Origin: an uncultured Gemmatimonadales bacterium
GTDB taxonomy: Bacteria > Gemmatimonadota > Gemmatimonadetes > Longimicrobiales > RSA9
NCBI GenBank assembly: GCA_963816355.1
Contig: CAWFKH010000003.1
Coordinates: forward strand, 1,024,001 to 1,088,000
DNA length: 64,000 nucleotides
Direction: 5' to 3'
Position numbers and translations under genes: made by a program. Below, one piece after another: positions 50,656-60,779 of the stretch. Position 1 is the first letter of the stretch; each line of letters opens with the position of its first letter. Under the pieces are notes generated by a model that ran no database searches, was not told where the DNA came from, and saw nothing but the letters and a program-made list of their open reading frames with translations.

Positions 50656-53600
50656 TCAGTAGGACCAGCGTCGTCTCAGATCGACAGTGTACTGGCGATC
50701 GGGATTCGTCAACGGTGAGACGATCTCGATGCCGAGCCGATTGAAGCGCCGGCGGATGAGCGGCTCGGACGCGAAGTCGAGCGTCCACTCGGGGTCGATG
50801 CGCCACTGCACGGAGAGGCCCACGCCGTTGTTGCCGGTCGCGCCGAAGAGGCCGCCGATGCCCGCATCGACGGTGAGGAAGACGTCGCTCCCGAGCTCCT
50901 TGCCGAAGACCAGAGTCGCCTCCGATATGAGGCTCTGGAGGTCTTCCGGGTTGTTGGCGGCGGAGCGTACCTGCAGGTAATCAATCGGCAGACCGGCGCC
51001 CTCGACGATCGCCCGCTCGAAGAGGTTGCTCAGGATGTCGGTGGCGCCTCCCACGATCGTGCCGCCGAGGAGCGTCTGCCCCACGCCGCCCGCACCGCCG
51101 ATTCCGGTGCCGAGCGCGGAGCTGGACTGGCCGAAGAGTAGGAAGCTGAGCAGCTCCGATTCCTGGAACTGCACGCCGCCGGGCGTCGAGAGCGAGAGCG
51201 AGGGGTGGCGGGCGGTACCCGTGACGTTGACGAGGACGTCGATCGGCTCGTTCGGCGAGGCGTAGACGGTCCGTGAGGCGGTGATCTGGAGGCCCGGATT
51301 GGGCTCGGGCGAGCCGAAGAAGCGGATCTCCGCGCTCTCGATCTGGAAGCGGCGTACGACCGGCCCCGCGGCCATGGTGAAGGTGCCGTGCTCGCCGGCG
51401 AGGGTGCCGAAGATCTTCACCTCGTCACCGCTCTTGAAGAGCGTCAGCTCCCCGCCGAGCTGCGCGCGCGCGTCCTGCAGGATGAACCAGAGATTGTCGC
51501 CCGCGACGAGCGTGAGGCCCTGGATGGAGAGACGCTCGTAGAGGCCGCGCTCCTTCGTGGCGCCGAGGCCGGATGTGACCATGCCGCCGGTCTCGAGGAA
51601 CTGCTGCACCTCCTCCTGGAAGGGGTCGGCGCCGAACTCCGGGACGCGTACGTTGCCGTCGTCGAGCCGGACCTGACCGCTCAACGCGACATCGGGGATC
51701 GGGCCGCGGATCGCGACCGTGCCCCACGCCGCCGCCGGCTCGAGGCTCCGCACGCCGCCCATCGGGCGGAAACGTGACAGCGTGAGCTCGAGGTCGGCGA
51801 CCGGCCGCGTCAGCTCCTCGAACTGGATCGCCCCGGTGAGCGTTGCGACGCCGTCGCTTCGCGCCTGCACGCTGTCGACCGTGATCGTCTCGTTGGCCAG
51901 CAGGAGGCGGCCGTGGATGTCGGTGAAGGTGCGGTCGAGGGCGGGCAGCGTGGCGGCGCCGTTCTCGAGGTCCAGCGTGCCCTGGAAGCGCGGTGAGGCG
52001 GGCGTGCCCGAGATCGAGATGTCCGCAGACGCCACGCCCTCCAGCGAACGCACGCTCGGCAGCAGCGGAGTCAGCATCGAGAGCTGAAGGCCAGTCGTGC
52101 GCAACGTCCCGTCGAGCGCGCCATCCCGGATCCAGTGGACCTCCGGGTTCTCTCTGAGCACCACCGAGAGGGGCAGCGTCGCGTTCAGGCGAACGGTGCC
52201 ACCCGGCTCCAGCGAGCCGCTCGCTTCCGCGACGGCGCGCCCGCCCGCGTAACGGAAGCTGCCCTCGAGGCGCGGCACGCCGATCCCCTGGATGCTGCCC
52301 TGCTCGAGACGGAAGGTCGCGTCGAGGACGGGCGCCTCGCCGCCGTGGATCTCGCCACTCGCCCACGCGAGGCCGGTGGCGACGCTGTCCCGCCCGATGA
52401 GCCGCTCGACCTCCGCGACCGGCAACGCCGCGATGTCGAAGCGGACCGCCGCGCGCGCGAGCGGGAGCAGCGTGCCGTCGAGCGTGAGGTGACCGGCGCC
52501 GTCCGCGGCGGAGAGCCGGAATCCCGCCACGGCGACGTCGCCGTCCCCGCCCCAGCGCAGCTCCGCCGGCTGCTGGAGTGCCCAGCGCTGGGCGCCGAGG
52601 TCCACCAGCAAGCTGCGCATCGTCACGCTCCGCCATCCGTCCGCCAGGATCCGGCCGTCGGCCTGCACCTGCACGTGCCCCGCCCCGACGCGGTCGGCAT
52701 CGAAGCGGACGGCGAAGGTGGGCGGCGTCATGCCGAAACTGCCGGAGACGGCTTCGAACGCGCCCGCGACCGGCGTCTCGATTCCGCGTCCGCCCAGCTC
52801 GACGTGGACCGTGGGCAGCGAGTCGCCGAGCACGACCTGGTAGGAAGCCTCGGCCGCGCCCACCGACCACTCCCCGTAGCGCACGTCCTGCAGGTGGAGC
52901 CGGCCCTGCGCGGCGGGTGCGGCGAGGCTGCCGGTCGCGCGTCCCACGAGGTCGAGCGCGCCGCCCGCGGACGGCGTCCCGATCCCCGGCAGATAGGGCG
53001 CCAGCGGGGCGAGCGTCGCGACCCTCAGCCGGTAGTCGAGCCCCGAGGAGACGGCGCCCTCGCGCAGCGACCATTCCCCGTCCAACGTCGCCGCGACGGG
53101 CCCCAGCGCCGCCGAAGCGTCCTGCACGCGGAGGACCCCGTCGCGCGCGGTAGCGCGCGCCGTCACACGGTCATCGCGGCCCGTGTACCAGCCGTGGAAA
53201 CGGCCGTCGAGCGCGAGCGTCGCGTCGGCGGTCGCCGGGTCCAGACCGCGACCGGCGAGCGTGAACTGAGCGGTGACCGAAACCGGCGGGAAGCGGGGCC
53301 GCAGCAGCTTCTGCAGGTCCACGGCGATGAGCCGTCCCTGCAGGTCGTAGCGCGGTTCGCGTCCCGTCAGGTCGACGGTTCCCGTGAGGGCGACGCCGCC
53401 GCCCGCAACGTCGAGGTGGACGTCGAGCTGCAGCGGCGCCGCGGAACGGGGACCGTTCAGGGTGAGAGTCCCGGAGAGCGGCCCGCTCAGCGGCAGGTTC
53501 GGCAGGAACTCGGAGAGCGAGGAGAGCGGCAGGCGCTGCAGCGTGACGCTCGCGCGCCGGATGCGTGCACCGCCGCCCTCCTCGAGCGCCACTTCACCGG

Positions 53601-54906
53601 CCAGGTGGCCCTGGAACGGCTCGCGGTCGGCGCCCGCCGTGAGATCGGCCTGGAGGTCGAAGGCGAGCCTGCCGCCGCTACCCTGGAGCGTGCCCTCCAC
53701 GTCCCCGCTGTAGGGAAGCGGACGCGTCAGGAAGCGCTGGGCGAAGTCGACGGTGAGCGGCTGCAGCCGCAGGTCGGCGCTCTCGAGCCGGAAGGAGAGC
53801 GTGTCCGACACCAGCAGGGCGACGGAGCCGCTGACATGGGTGCGTCCCGACTCCAGCTCCAGGTCGCTCAGCCGCACGAACGTCCCGGCCGGCCGCGGCT
53901 CGACCTCCCAGCCGAATCGGACCACGCCCTCTTCGGGGAGCCGCGGATTGGCGAACCGCAGGTCCGCGAGCCGCACGGAGCCGGAGCGACCCACGGCGCG
54001 AAAGCCGAAGCCCGGCAGGTCCGAGTCCCAGATGCCCCGGATGCCGGCGGCCACCGATTCCCCCAGTCGCAGCCGCTCGACGTCGTACTCGAGATGGCCG
54101 CCCGGCAGCGTGAGCGTCGCGCCGTCGACCTGCAGCGGCATGTTGATGCTGTCGGCAGGGATCGTGAAACGCGCCGTCGCGCGGGCGATCTGCACCGTCG
54201 CCGGCCGGCCGCCCGCCGGTACCGCGACCTCCGGCAGCGCGGCGTCCAGCCCGGGAAGGACGTAGGTGCGGTCGGGAAACCGCAGCTCGACATGACCGCC
54301 GCGGACCGTGACCGTCTCCAGGAAGACTCCCCGGTCCGCCGGCGCCGGCGCCGGCAGGGGGCCGGGTGGAAGATCGAGGCCGAGCACGGGCACGAAGCTC
54401 CACGGCGCCCCCGTCGCGGGCTGCACCGCCAACACCTCCGGCTGATCCACGACGACGCCATCCAGCTCGAAGCGGCCGCGCTGGAACGCCTGCGGATTCA
54501 GCAGCGCCGTCGTCGTCGGAATGCGCAGGAACGGCCGACCCTCGCGGTCGCGCCAGAGGAGAGCAGTCGCGCGCACCCGGACGCCGCGGCGCAGGCGCGT
54601 CGTCGGCGGCGCCGTCGCACCGAGCGCGTGCGCGACGCGTGTCTCGAAGCGGTTGATCTCGCGGGGGTTCTCGGCACCGATGCGGAGCGCCTGCGGCGCG
54701 CCGCCTCCCGCGGCGCTGTCCGGCGTACCGGATCCGGGCGCCGCCACTGAGGGTCCGGCGGGCGCCTGGACGGGTCCCGGTCCGCCCGGCGCGAGCACCC
54801 AGTAGGCGATCAGGCCGACCGCGACGGCGACGCCCACGAGAATCGCCGCGATCCGCCCCGGCAGCGGGATGTGTCCGTGCGGCCGCTCGCGCTCCGGCTC
54901 AGACAC
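50656..54906 (-). CDS. tamB: Translocation/assembly module TamB (AsmA-like, DUF490)
   Basis: N-terminal TM, about 1400 aa of beta-taco repeats, SISGTPASPRF.G, F.GSPEPNP.L.ITA, V.GTARHP.LSLS..ELLSFLLFG, C-terminal Y; downstream of an Omp85 gene. Confidence 0.85.
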   Translation of the reverse strand: MSEPERERPHGHIPLPGRIAAILVGVAVAVGLIAYWVLAPGGPGPVQAPAGPSVAAPGSGTPDSAAGGGAPQALRIGAENPREINRFETRVAHALGATAPPTTRLRRGVRVRATALLWRDREGRPFLRIPTTTALLNPQAFQRGRFELDGVVVDQPEVLAVQPATGAPWSFVPVLGLDLPPGPLPAPAPADRGVFLETVTVRGGHVELRFPDRTYVLPGLDAALPEVAVPAGGRPATVQIARATARFTIPADSINMPLQVDGATLTLPGGHLEYDVERLRLGESVAAGIRGIWDSDLPGFGFRAVGRSGSVRLADLRFANPRLPEEGVVRFGWEVEPRPAGTFVRLSDLELESGRTHVSGSVALLVSDTLSFRLESADLRLQPLTVDFAQRFLTRPLPYSGDVEGTLQGSGGRLAFDLQADLTAGADREPFQGHLAGEVALEEGGGARIRRASVTLQRLPLSSLSEFLPNLPLSGPLSGTLTLNGPRSAAPLQLDVHLDVAGGGVALTGTVDLTGREPRYDLQGRLIAVDLQKLLRPRFPPVSVTAQFTLAGRGLDPATADATLALDGRFHGWYTGRDDRVTARATARDGVLRVQDASAALGPVAATLDGEWSLREGAVSSGLDYRLRVATLAPLAPYLPGIGTPSAGGALDLVGRATGSLAAPAAQGRLHLQDVRYGEWSVGAAEASYQVVLGDSLPTVHVELGGRGIETPVAGAFEAVSGSFGMTPPTFAVRFDADRVGAGHVQVQADGRILADGWRSVTMRSLLVDLGAQRWALQQPAELRWGGDGDVAVAGFRLSAADGAGHLTLDGTLLPLARAAVRFDIAALPVAEVERLIGRDSVATGLAWASGEIHGGEAPVLDATFRLEQGSIQGIGVPRLEGSFRYAGGRAVAEASGSLEPGGTVRLNATLPLSVVLRENPEVHWIRDGALDGTLRTTGLQLSMLTPLLPSVRSLEGVASADISISGTPASPRFQGTLDLENGAATLPALDRTFTDIHGRLLLANETITVDSVQARSDGVATLTGAIQFEELTRPVADLELTLSRFRPMGGVRSLEPAAAWGTVAIRGPIPDVALSGQVRLDDGNVRVPEFGADPFQEEVQQFLETGGMVTSGLGATKERGLYERLSIQGLTLVAGDNLWFILQDARAQLGGELTLFKSGDEVKIFGTLAGEHGTFTMAAGPVVRRFQIESAEIRFFGSPEPNPGLQITASRTVYASPNEPIDVLVNVTGTARHPSLSLSTPGGVQFQESELLSFLLFGQSSSALGTGIGGAGGVGQTLLGGTIVGGATDILSNLFERAIVEGAGLPIDYLQVRSAANNPEDLQSLISEATLVFGKELGSDVFLTVDAGIGGLFGATGNNGVGLSVQWRIDPEWTLDFASEPLIRRRFNRLGIEIVSPLTNPDRQYTVDLRRRWSY

Positions 54907-54908
54907 GC

Positions 54909-57104
54909 TCAGAACGCCTGGCCCACGGCCACATGGATGCGAAAGCGGTTCAGGAAATGCGGCGGACCGGGCGCGAAGCTCGGATCGATGCGCACGAGCG
55001 CGTTCGTCGCCTGGTCGGCCACGTAGAGGGGCGCCGCCTCCGGATCGTAGGGATCGTACGCGATGTCGAGCCGCGCCGGCCCGACCGGCGTGTCGAGGCG
55101 CAGCCCGGCGCCGGGCGTGATGCGCCAGGTCGAGGGATCGAGGTGCCAGAGCTGGCGCGCACCCACCGCACCCGCATCCACGAAGATCGCGAGCCGCAGA
55201 TAGTCTCTCAGCAGCGGGGAGGGGAAGCGCAGCTCGACGCTGCCGACGGCGACCGACGTCCCACCCACCGGCACGAATTCCGGCGTCCGCGTCGTGTCGA
55301 CCACCAGAACGCCGGCCGAATCCACGCCCAGGCTCTGCGCCACGTAGACGCCGGGACCGATCGCGTTCCGGTCGAAGCCGCGAACGCTGTTCGCGCCGCC
55401 GGCGTAGAACCGCTCCTCGGGCGGCAGGAAATGGTCGCTGCTGCGGATCGATCCGGTCCCGAAGAAGGTGCCGAGGCGGACATAGGAGCTGAGCACCGTG
55501 CTCCGTCCGACCAGATCGTAGCGCGCGCTCTCCGCCGCCCAGCGGAAGAAGCCGACATCCGAGCCGAGCGGACGCGCGGCCCACGTCACCGTGGACTGCA
55601 CGCGAAAGCCGCGGTGCGGGTCGAGCGGCTGATCCGTGCGGTTGCGCAGGAAGTTCGCGGTCAGCGCGTTACGCCAGCGCACGCGTGAGAGCGGCTCGAT
55701 CTCCGCCTGGTCGCACACGGTGAAGGCGAGGCAGAAGATCGCCGGGGAGGCGATCGTCTGCCCCCGCTGCGCCTCGGCCGCACCGCTGACGACGTCGCCG
55801 CCGCGCAGCGTCCGGATCACCGTCGCCCGTCCGCCGCGCGCCTGGCGCTGGAACAGCCCCGGCTCCGAGGTGCGGTCGCCGAAGACGCTCAGCGTGAGCT
55901 GATTGTGCGCGCTGAAGAAGTACGGCTGCGTGAAGTCCGCCCCGAGGTGGTAGTCCAGCTCCTTGCGAAACGGGTCGTCCTCCGTCGCGAACGCCTTGCA
56001 GATCGACGACTCCAGCTGCCGCGAATACGTGAGGCCGCCCAGCCCGAGCTTCGTCGCCTCCGCCTGGATCGAAAGCCGGCGCCCCCCCCCCAGCACGCTG
56101 CGACTCGTCCAGCTCGCGTGCGCCCGCATGCACTCGATCGTGCCGTACCCGATCGCCGCTTCCACCACGTGCACCGGCGCCTCCGAAATGCGCACCGCGA
56201 CCGTCGCGAGCGTGCTGTCCGACGGCGTCGCCTGCAGCGAATCCGGCGCCACGTCCACCGTCGCGAAACGCACGATGTCCAGATTGTACAGGTTGGCCTG
56301 ACTTCGCCGCAGGGCGCTCGCGCGCAGCAGCTCCCCCTGCGAAAACTCCAACTGCCGCAACACCGAGGGCCGCCCCAGGTGCGCCGCGCCGATCACGACG
56401 ACCGAGTCGACACGAACGCGCGGGCCCGCAATCGCCAGCAGCGACGCCGTCGCCCGGTCCTGCACCGTGTCGACGCTGTAGTTGCGCAGCACCTCCGCGT
56501 ACGCGTAGCCGCGCGAGCGCAGCACCGCCAGCACCGTGTCCGCCGACGCGCCGAACCGCCCCACGTCGAAGAGCTCCCCCGGCTGCAGCGGCAGCCGTCG
56601 CTCCACCGAGTCCGGCGGCACGATCTTTTCCGTCCCCTCCACCGTCAGCGAATCCAGCCGCACCGCATCGCCGCGCAGAATCGCGAAGTTCACCACGACG
56701 CGGCCCCCCTTCGGCTCCACGCCCGGCCGCACCGTCGTGCCGAAGTAGCCGCTCTGACGGTAGAGCACCGCCAGCCGCACCACGTCCGTCGCCAGTGTCG
56801 AGGTGTTCAGCGTGTGCACGTGACGGCCGATCCCGGTGCCCGGTATGCAGATCGGAAGCCCGATCAGACGGCACCGCGTCGGCTGCGTCTCGATCAACGA
56901 CAACAGCGTGTCGCGGCCGTACGGCTGCGGCGCGAGAAAGTTCACCTCCGCGATCTCCCGCCCCGAGTACGGACTCAGCTCCGGGAACGGGCCCGCGGCT
57001 CCGCCCCGCGCCACGCAGCCGGACCAGGACGCGACGACCAACGCCACGACGGCCAAAGCACCCGCGCGGCCGCCGCTCCGCGACCTTCCCGGCTTCACGT
57101 TCAT
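54909..57104 (-). CDS. tamA: Omp85-family TamA/TamL outer membrane protein
   Basis: About three POTRA domains (YRQSGYF, RSRGY), RFYAGGANSVRGF, TPVGPARLDIA, C-terminal GQAF; possible lipobox WSGC. Confidence 0.85.
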   Translation of the reverse strand: MNVKPGRSRSGGRAGALAVVALVVASWSGCVARGGAAGPFPELSPYSGREIAEVNFLAPQPYGRDTLLSLIETQPTRCRLIGLPICIPGTGIGRHVHTLNTSTLATDVVRLAVLYRQSGYFGTTVRPGVEPKGGRVVVNFAILRGDAVRLDSLTVEGTEKIVPPDSVERRLPLQPGELFDVGRFGASADTVLAVLRSRGYAYAEVLRNYSVDTVQDRATASLLAIAGPRVRVDSVVVIGAAHLGRPSVLRQLEFSQGELLRASALRRSQANLYNLDIVRFATVDVAPDSLQATPSDSTLATVAVRISEAPVHVVEAAIGYGTIECMRAHASWTSRSVLGGGRRLSIQAEATKLGLGGLTYSRQLESSICKAFATEDDPFRKELDYHLGADFTQPYFFSAHNQLTLSVFGDRTSEPGLFQRQARGGRATVIRTLRGGDVVSGAAEAQRGQTIASPAIFCLAFTVCDQAEIEPLSRVRWRNALTANFLRNRTDQPLDPHRGFRVQSTVTWAARPLGSDVGFFRWAAESARYDLVGRSTVLSSYVRLGTFFGTGSIRSSDHFLPPEERFYAGGANSVRGFDRNAIGPGVYVAQSLGVDSAGVLVVDTTRTPEFVPVGGTSVAVGSVELRFPSPLLRDYLRLAIFVDAGAVGARQLWHLDPSTWRITPGAGLRLDTPVGPARLDIAYDPYDPEAAPLYVADQATNALVRIDPSFAPGPPHFLNRFRIHVAVGQAF

Positions 57105-57207
57105 GTTGGACAAGAGATCACGGCCGCGCCCGAACTCGCAAGCGATTGCACACACCCGGCTTGCCGCGCCGGGTCGCCCCATCCGCTCCCTCGAGCGCAT
57201 AGTCGAA

Positions 57208-57236
57208 TTGACGGCGATCGGCCCGTGTGTTAGTCT
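57208..57236 (+). promoter_or_regulatory. Sigma70-type promoter with extended -10
   Basis: TTGACG-N17-TAGTCT, with TGn immediately before the -10. Confidence 0.65.
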
Positions 57237-57313
57237 AACAATCTTTGGTATTTCGGCAAAGCACGCCCGACGATCGTGCTCCCGCGCCACGCAGGAACCC
57301 GAGCGACTACGAC

Positions 57314-58027
57314 ATGGCCCGACACCCCACGGCAAAGCGCGTGCACCGTCCCGAAGCGGACGCCGACGACGCCTTCGTCGCACGCATGCTCGAGCTCAGC
57401 GGATGGGCGAAGCGCAACGCGCGCGTCGTGGTCGGCGTCGCGATCGGCGCCGCATTCCTCGTGCTCGGCTACCTCTATTACACGAACCGCCGCGCCCGGC
57501 TCGACCAGCTCGCCGCTTCACAGCTTCTCGAGGTGCGCCAGACGGTGGCGAGCGGGAACTACCCCCTCGCCACGCGTGACCTGCAGCAGTTCGTCGATCG
57601 CTACGGCAAGACCGACGCGGGACGCGAAGGTCGACTCCTGCTCGGACAGCTCCAACTGGAGCAGGGGAAGGCGCAGGACGCGATTCGCGATCTCACGAGC
57701 TTCGCCCCGCGCGACGCGCTGATCGACAGCTCGCGTCTGCTTCTGCTTGGCGCCGCCTACGAGCAGGCGGGCGACACGGCACGCGCGATCACGACCTACG
57801 CCCAGGTCGGCCGCAACGGCGCGTTCGCGTTCCAGCGCAGAGAGGGGCTGGAGAACGCGGCACGCATCCACATGCAGGCGGGCGACTACGACGCTGCGGC
57901 ATCGATCTATCAGCAACTCGTCGAGCTCGTCGGCAGCGATGATGCGCAGGCGTCCGTGTACCGGATGCGGTTGGCGGAGGCGGAAGGGAAGGCGGCGGGC
58001 AAACCGGGCGGCGCGACGAAGCCCTGA
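57314..58027 (+). CDS. YfgM-like single-pass TPR protein
   Basis: DDAFV..W...N TM segment, QFVDRYGKT.AG, TPR helices. Confidence 0.75.
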   Translation: MARHPTAKRVHRPEADADDAFVARMLELSGWAKRNARVVVGVAIGAAFLVLGYLYYTNRRARLDQLAASQLLEVRQTVASGNYPLATRDLQQFVDRYGKTDAGREGRLLLGQLQLEQGKAQDAIRDLTSFAPRDALIDSSRLLLLGAAYEQAGDTARAITTYAQVGRNGAFAFQRREGLENAARIHMQAGDYDAAASIYQQLVELVGSDDAQASVYRMRLAEAEGKAAGKPGGATKP

Positions 58028-58062
58028 GCCGGCGCGCTCCCCGCCCGTTTCGGCATCGCGAT

Positions 58063-60621
58063 TCAGCGCACGCCGACCTCCTTCATCATGGACTTCGTGA
58101 TCGACTGACGGGTGTCGTCGAAGCCCGTCCACGCCGCGGCGCGCCGGGAACGCAGCCGCTCGGGCACCGTGGCCACCGTGAAGGCGTGAGGATCCAGCCC
58201 GGCCTGCAGCTCCTCCCAGCTCACCGGCGTCGACACCGGCGCGCCCTCCCGGGCCCGCGTCGAGTAGGGCGCCACGGCGGTCGCGCCGCGCGCGTTGCGC
58301 AGGTAGTCGATGTAGATGCGGCCGCGCCGTTCCTTCTTCGCCGCCCTCGCCACGTAACGATCGGGGCGTTCCGCTGCCGCCGCCACGGCGATAGCGCGCG
58401 AAAACGCCTTCACTTCGTCCCAGCCGGAGCGACGCACGAGCGGGACCACCACGTGCAAGCCCTTGCCGCCGGTCGTCTTGACGAAGCTGCGCAGCCCCAG
58501 GGCGGTGAAGCGGTCGCGCATCGCGACGGCGGCCTCTACGACCTCGGGCCACTCCACGCCCGCGCCGGGATCGAGGTCGATCACAATCCGGTCCGGCCGC
58601 TCCAGGCGATCGATGCGCGCCCCCCACGCGTGGATCTCCAGAACGCCGATCTGGACGAGCGAGACCAGCGCATCCAGCGTCTCCACGTGCAGGTACGTCG
58701 CGCGTTTCGACTGCTCCTCGATCTCCACCCGGCCAATCGCTTCAGGAACGCCCGCGCGCGCGTGCTTCTGATAGAAGCACTCCGCGTCCGTTCCGTCCGG
58801 GCAGCGGACGATCGACAACGGCCGTCCCGCCAGGTGCGGCAGCATCGCCGCGCCCACGTCCACGTAGTATTCGGCGAGATCACGTTTCGTCAGGCCTTGG
58901 CCCCGGTAGAGGACCCGGTCCGCGTGCGTCAGCTTCACGCGTGCGCGCCCGACGCGGACTGCCGCCTGCCGTGCCGCCCCCGCCGAGGCTGCTCCGCTTC
59001 GCTCCACCTGCGCCTCCCCGTCCACCGGTCTCTCACGGACGACGTCCGCCGCACCCTTGTCCTCGCGCAACCCCTTGAAGGAAGGGTGCCGCAGCGAACC
59101 GTCCTTCGTCCACTCCGTGAAGGCCACCTCCACCACCAGTTTCGGCTCGACCCAGTGCACGCCCCGCGCCGCCGCGCCACGTGGCGGATCCTCCACCGGC
59201 GCACGTGCCCGCTCCAGCGGACGCAGCCGCTCCGCCAGATCGCGAAGCCGCGCATCCGTGAAGCCCGTGCCGACTCTGCCCGCCGAGCGCAGCGCGCCGT
59301 CCTCGTGATAACCGATCAGCAGCGCACCCAGACCCACCCTGGATCCCGACGGCTCGCTGTAGCCCACCACGATGAACTCCTGCCGCCGCAGGCACTTCGT
59401 CTTCACCCACTCCCGCGTCCGCGCCGCCCGGTAGACGCTCTCCGCACGCTTGCTCACCACCCCCTCGAGACCCATCGAACACGCCCGCTCGAAGAAAGAG
59501 CGGCCCCGGCCCACCACGTGGTCGCTGTAGCGCACCCGCTCCGCTGACAGCTCCGACCGATCCAGAAGCGCCTCCAACGCCCGCTTGCGCTCCACGAGCG
59601 CAACCCGCTCCAGGTCCCATCCATCCAGGTGGCGCAGGTCGAACACCTCGTACACCAGGCTCTGGTCCTGCCCGTCCAGCGCGTTCTGCAGCTTCTGGAA
59701 ATCGCTCACGCCCAATGCGTCCAGCACTACCACCTCGCCGTCCAGCACCGCCGACTTCGCCGCCAAACCCTTCAACACCTCCGCCACCGGCCGCATCCGC
59801 GACGTCCAGTCCTTGCCTCCGCGCGTCATCAGCTTCACACCCCCACCGTCGACCCGCGCAAGCACCCGGTAGCCGTCGAACTTGATCTCGTGAAGCCACT
59901 CCTCGCCTTCCGGCACGACGTCCACCAGCGTCGCAAGCTCCGGCCGCAGCGCCCGCGGGAAAGGGAGCGCCCTGCGCACCGCCCCCGCCAGCGTGGACGC
60001 ATCCGGGCCGCCCCGCGAGGACCACACACGATCCCGCGCGGCGGCGATCTCCTTCATGGTGCGCCCGCTCTCCGCGCTGCGCTGCTCCCGCCGTACCACC
60101 CCGGCGCCGTCTCCGGCCCGCGCCTCTTCATCCTCCTCCTTGATCAGAAGCCAGTTCTCCTTCTTCTTCCGCCCGGCCTCCCCCTTCATCCGCACTAGGA
60201 CCCACCCGCCACGCAGCACTTCGCCGCCGAGAATGAACTTCAGATGACCCCTCTCATATCCCTTCGTGGCACCACCTTGCGACGCCCACCTCCCGCGATC
60301 CCACAGCATCACCGCGCCCCCGCCGTACTCGCCCTCCGGAATCACGCCCTCGAAATCCGCGTACTCCAGCGGGTGGTCCTCCACGTGGATCGCGAGCCGC
60401 CGCTCCGACGGATCCAGACTCGGCCCCTTCGGCACCGCCCAGCTCTTCAGCACGCCGTCCATCTCGAGTCGGAAGTCGAAGTGCAGCCGGCTCGCGGCGT
60501 GCTTCTGGACGACGAAACGGCCGCCCGACGACTCCGCGGCGCCGCCGTGACGGTCCCGCGTACCCTCCGGCTCCGGCGTTCGCCCGAACCGCCGCTTCTT
60601 CCTGTACGTTTCCAGCCCCAT
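58063..60621 (-). CDS. ligD: NHEJ DNA ligase D (phosphoesterase-ligase-polymerase)
   Basis: PE domain: Y..KR.F..TPEP, FVVQKHAASRLHFDFRLE. Ligase: HEIKFDGYR, EGVVSK, WVKTK. Polymerase: RCPDG, DLDPG, TGGKGLHV, IDYLRN. Confidence 0.95.
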   Translation of the reverse strand: MGLETYRKKRRFGRTPEPEGTRDRHGGAAESSGGRFVVQKHAASRLHFDFRLEMDGVLKSWAVPKGPSLDPSERRLAIHVEDHPLEYADFEGVIPEGEYGGGAVMLWDRGRWASQGGATKGYERGHLKFILGGEVLRGGWVLVRMKGEAGRKKKENWLLIKEEDEEARAGDGAGVVRREQRSAESGRTMKEIAAARDRVWSSRGGPDASTLAGAVRRALPFPRALRPELATLVDVVPEGEEWLHEIKFDGYRVLARVDGGGVKLMTRGGKDWTSRMRPVAEVLKGLAAKSAVLDGEVVVLDALGVSDFQKLQNALDGQDQSLVYEVFDLRHLDGWDLERVALVERKRALEALLDRSELSAERVRYSDHVVGRGRSFFERACSMGLEGVVSKRAESVYRAARTREWVKTKCLRRQEFIVVGYSEPSGSRVGLGALLIGYHEDGALRSAGRVGTGFTDARLRDLAERLRPLERARAPVEDPPRGAAARGVHWVEPKLVVEVAFTEWTKDGSLRHPSFKGLREDKGAADVVRERPVDGEAQVERSGAASAGAARQAAVRVGRARVKLTHADRVLYRGQGLTKRDLAEYYVDVGAAMLPHLAGRPLSIVRCPDGTDAECFYQKHARAGVPEAIGRVEIEEQSKRATYLHVETLDALVSLVQIGVLEIHAWGARIDRLERPDRIVIDLDPGAGVEWPEVVEAAVAMRDRFTALGLRSFVKTTGGKGLHVVVPLVRRSGWDEVKAFSRAIAVAAAAERPDRYVARAAKKERRGRIYIDYLRNARGATAVAPYSTRAREGAPVSTPVSWEELQAGLDPHAFTVATVPERLRSRRAAAWTGFDDTRQSITKSMMKEVGVR

Positions 60622-60779
60622 CGCAGCGCTCCCGTCGGCGCGTCCGGCCCGGGCTCCACACACGTCCGCGACAACGAGGCGGCAATCGTCGCGCCAGAGC
60701 GAATCCCGGGGCCTCGCCGCAGCACCGCGTGGCGGCATCGCGTCAAGGCGTGGCATCGGAGGCCACGCCGCGGCGCGCG

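Noticed and set aside
54907..55584. N-terminal extension of the 1642-aa TamB ORF
   Set aside because: It overlaps the tamA barrel in another frame and is Arg/Gly-rich shadow sequence.
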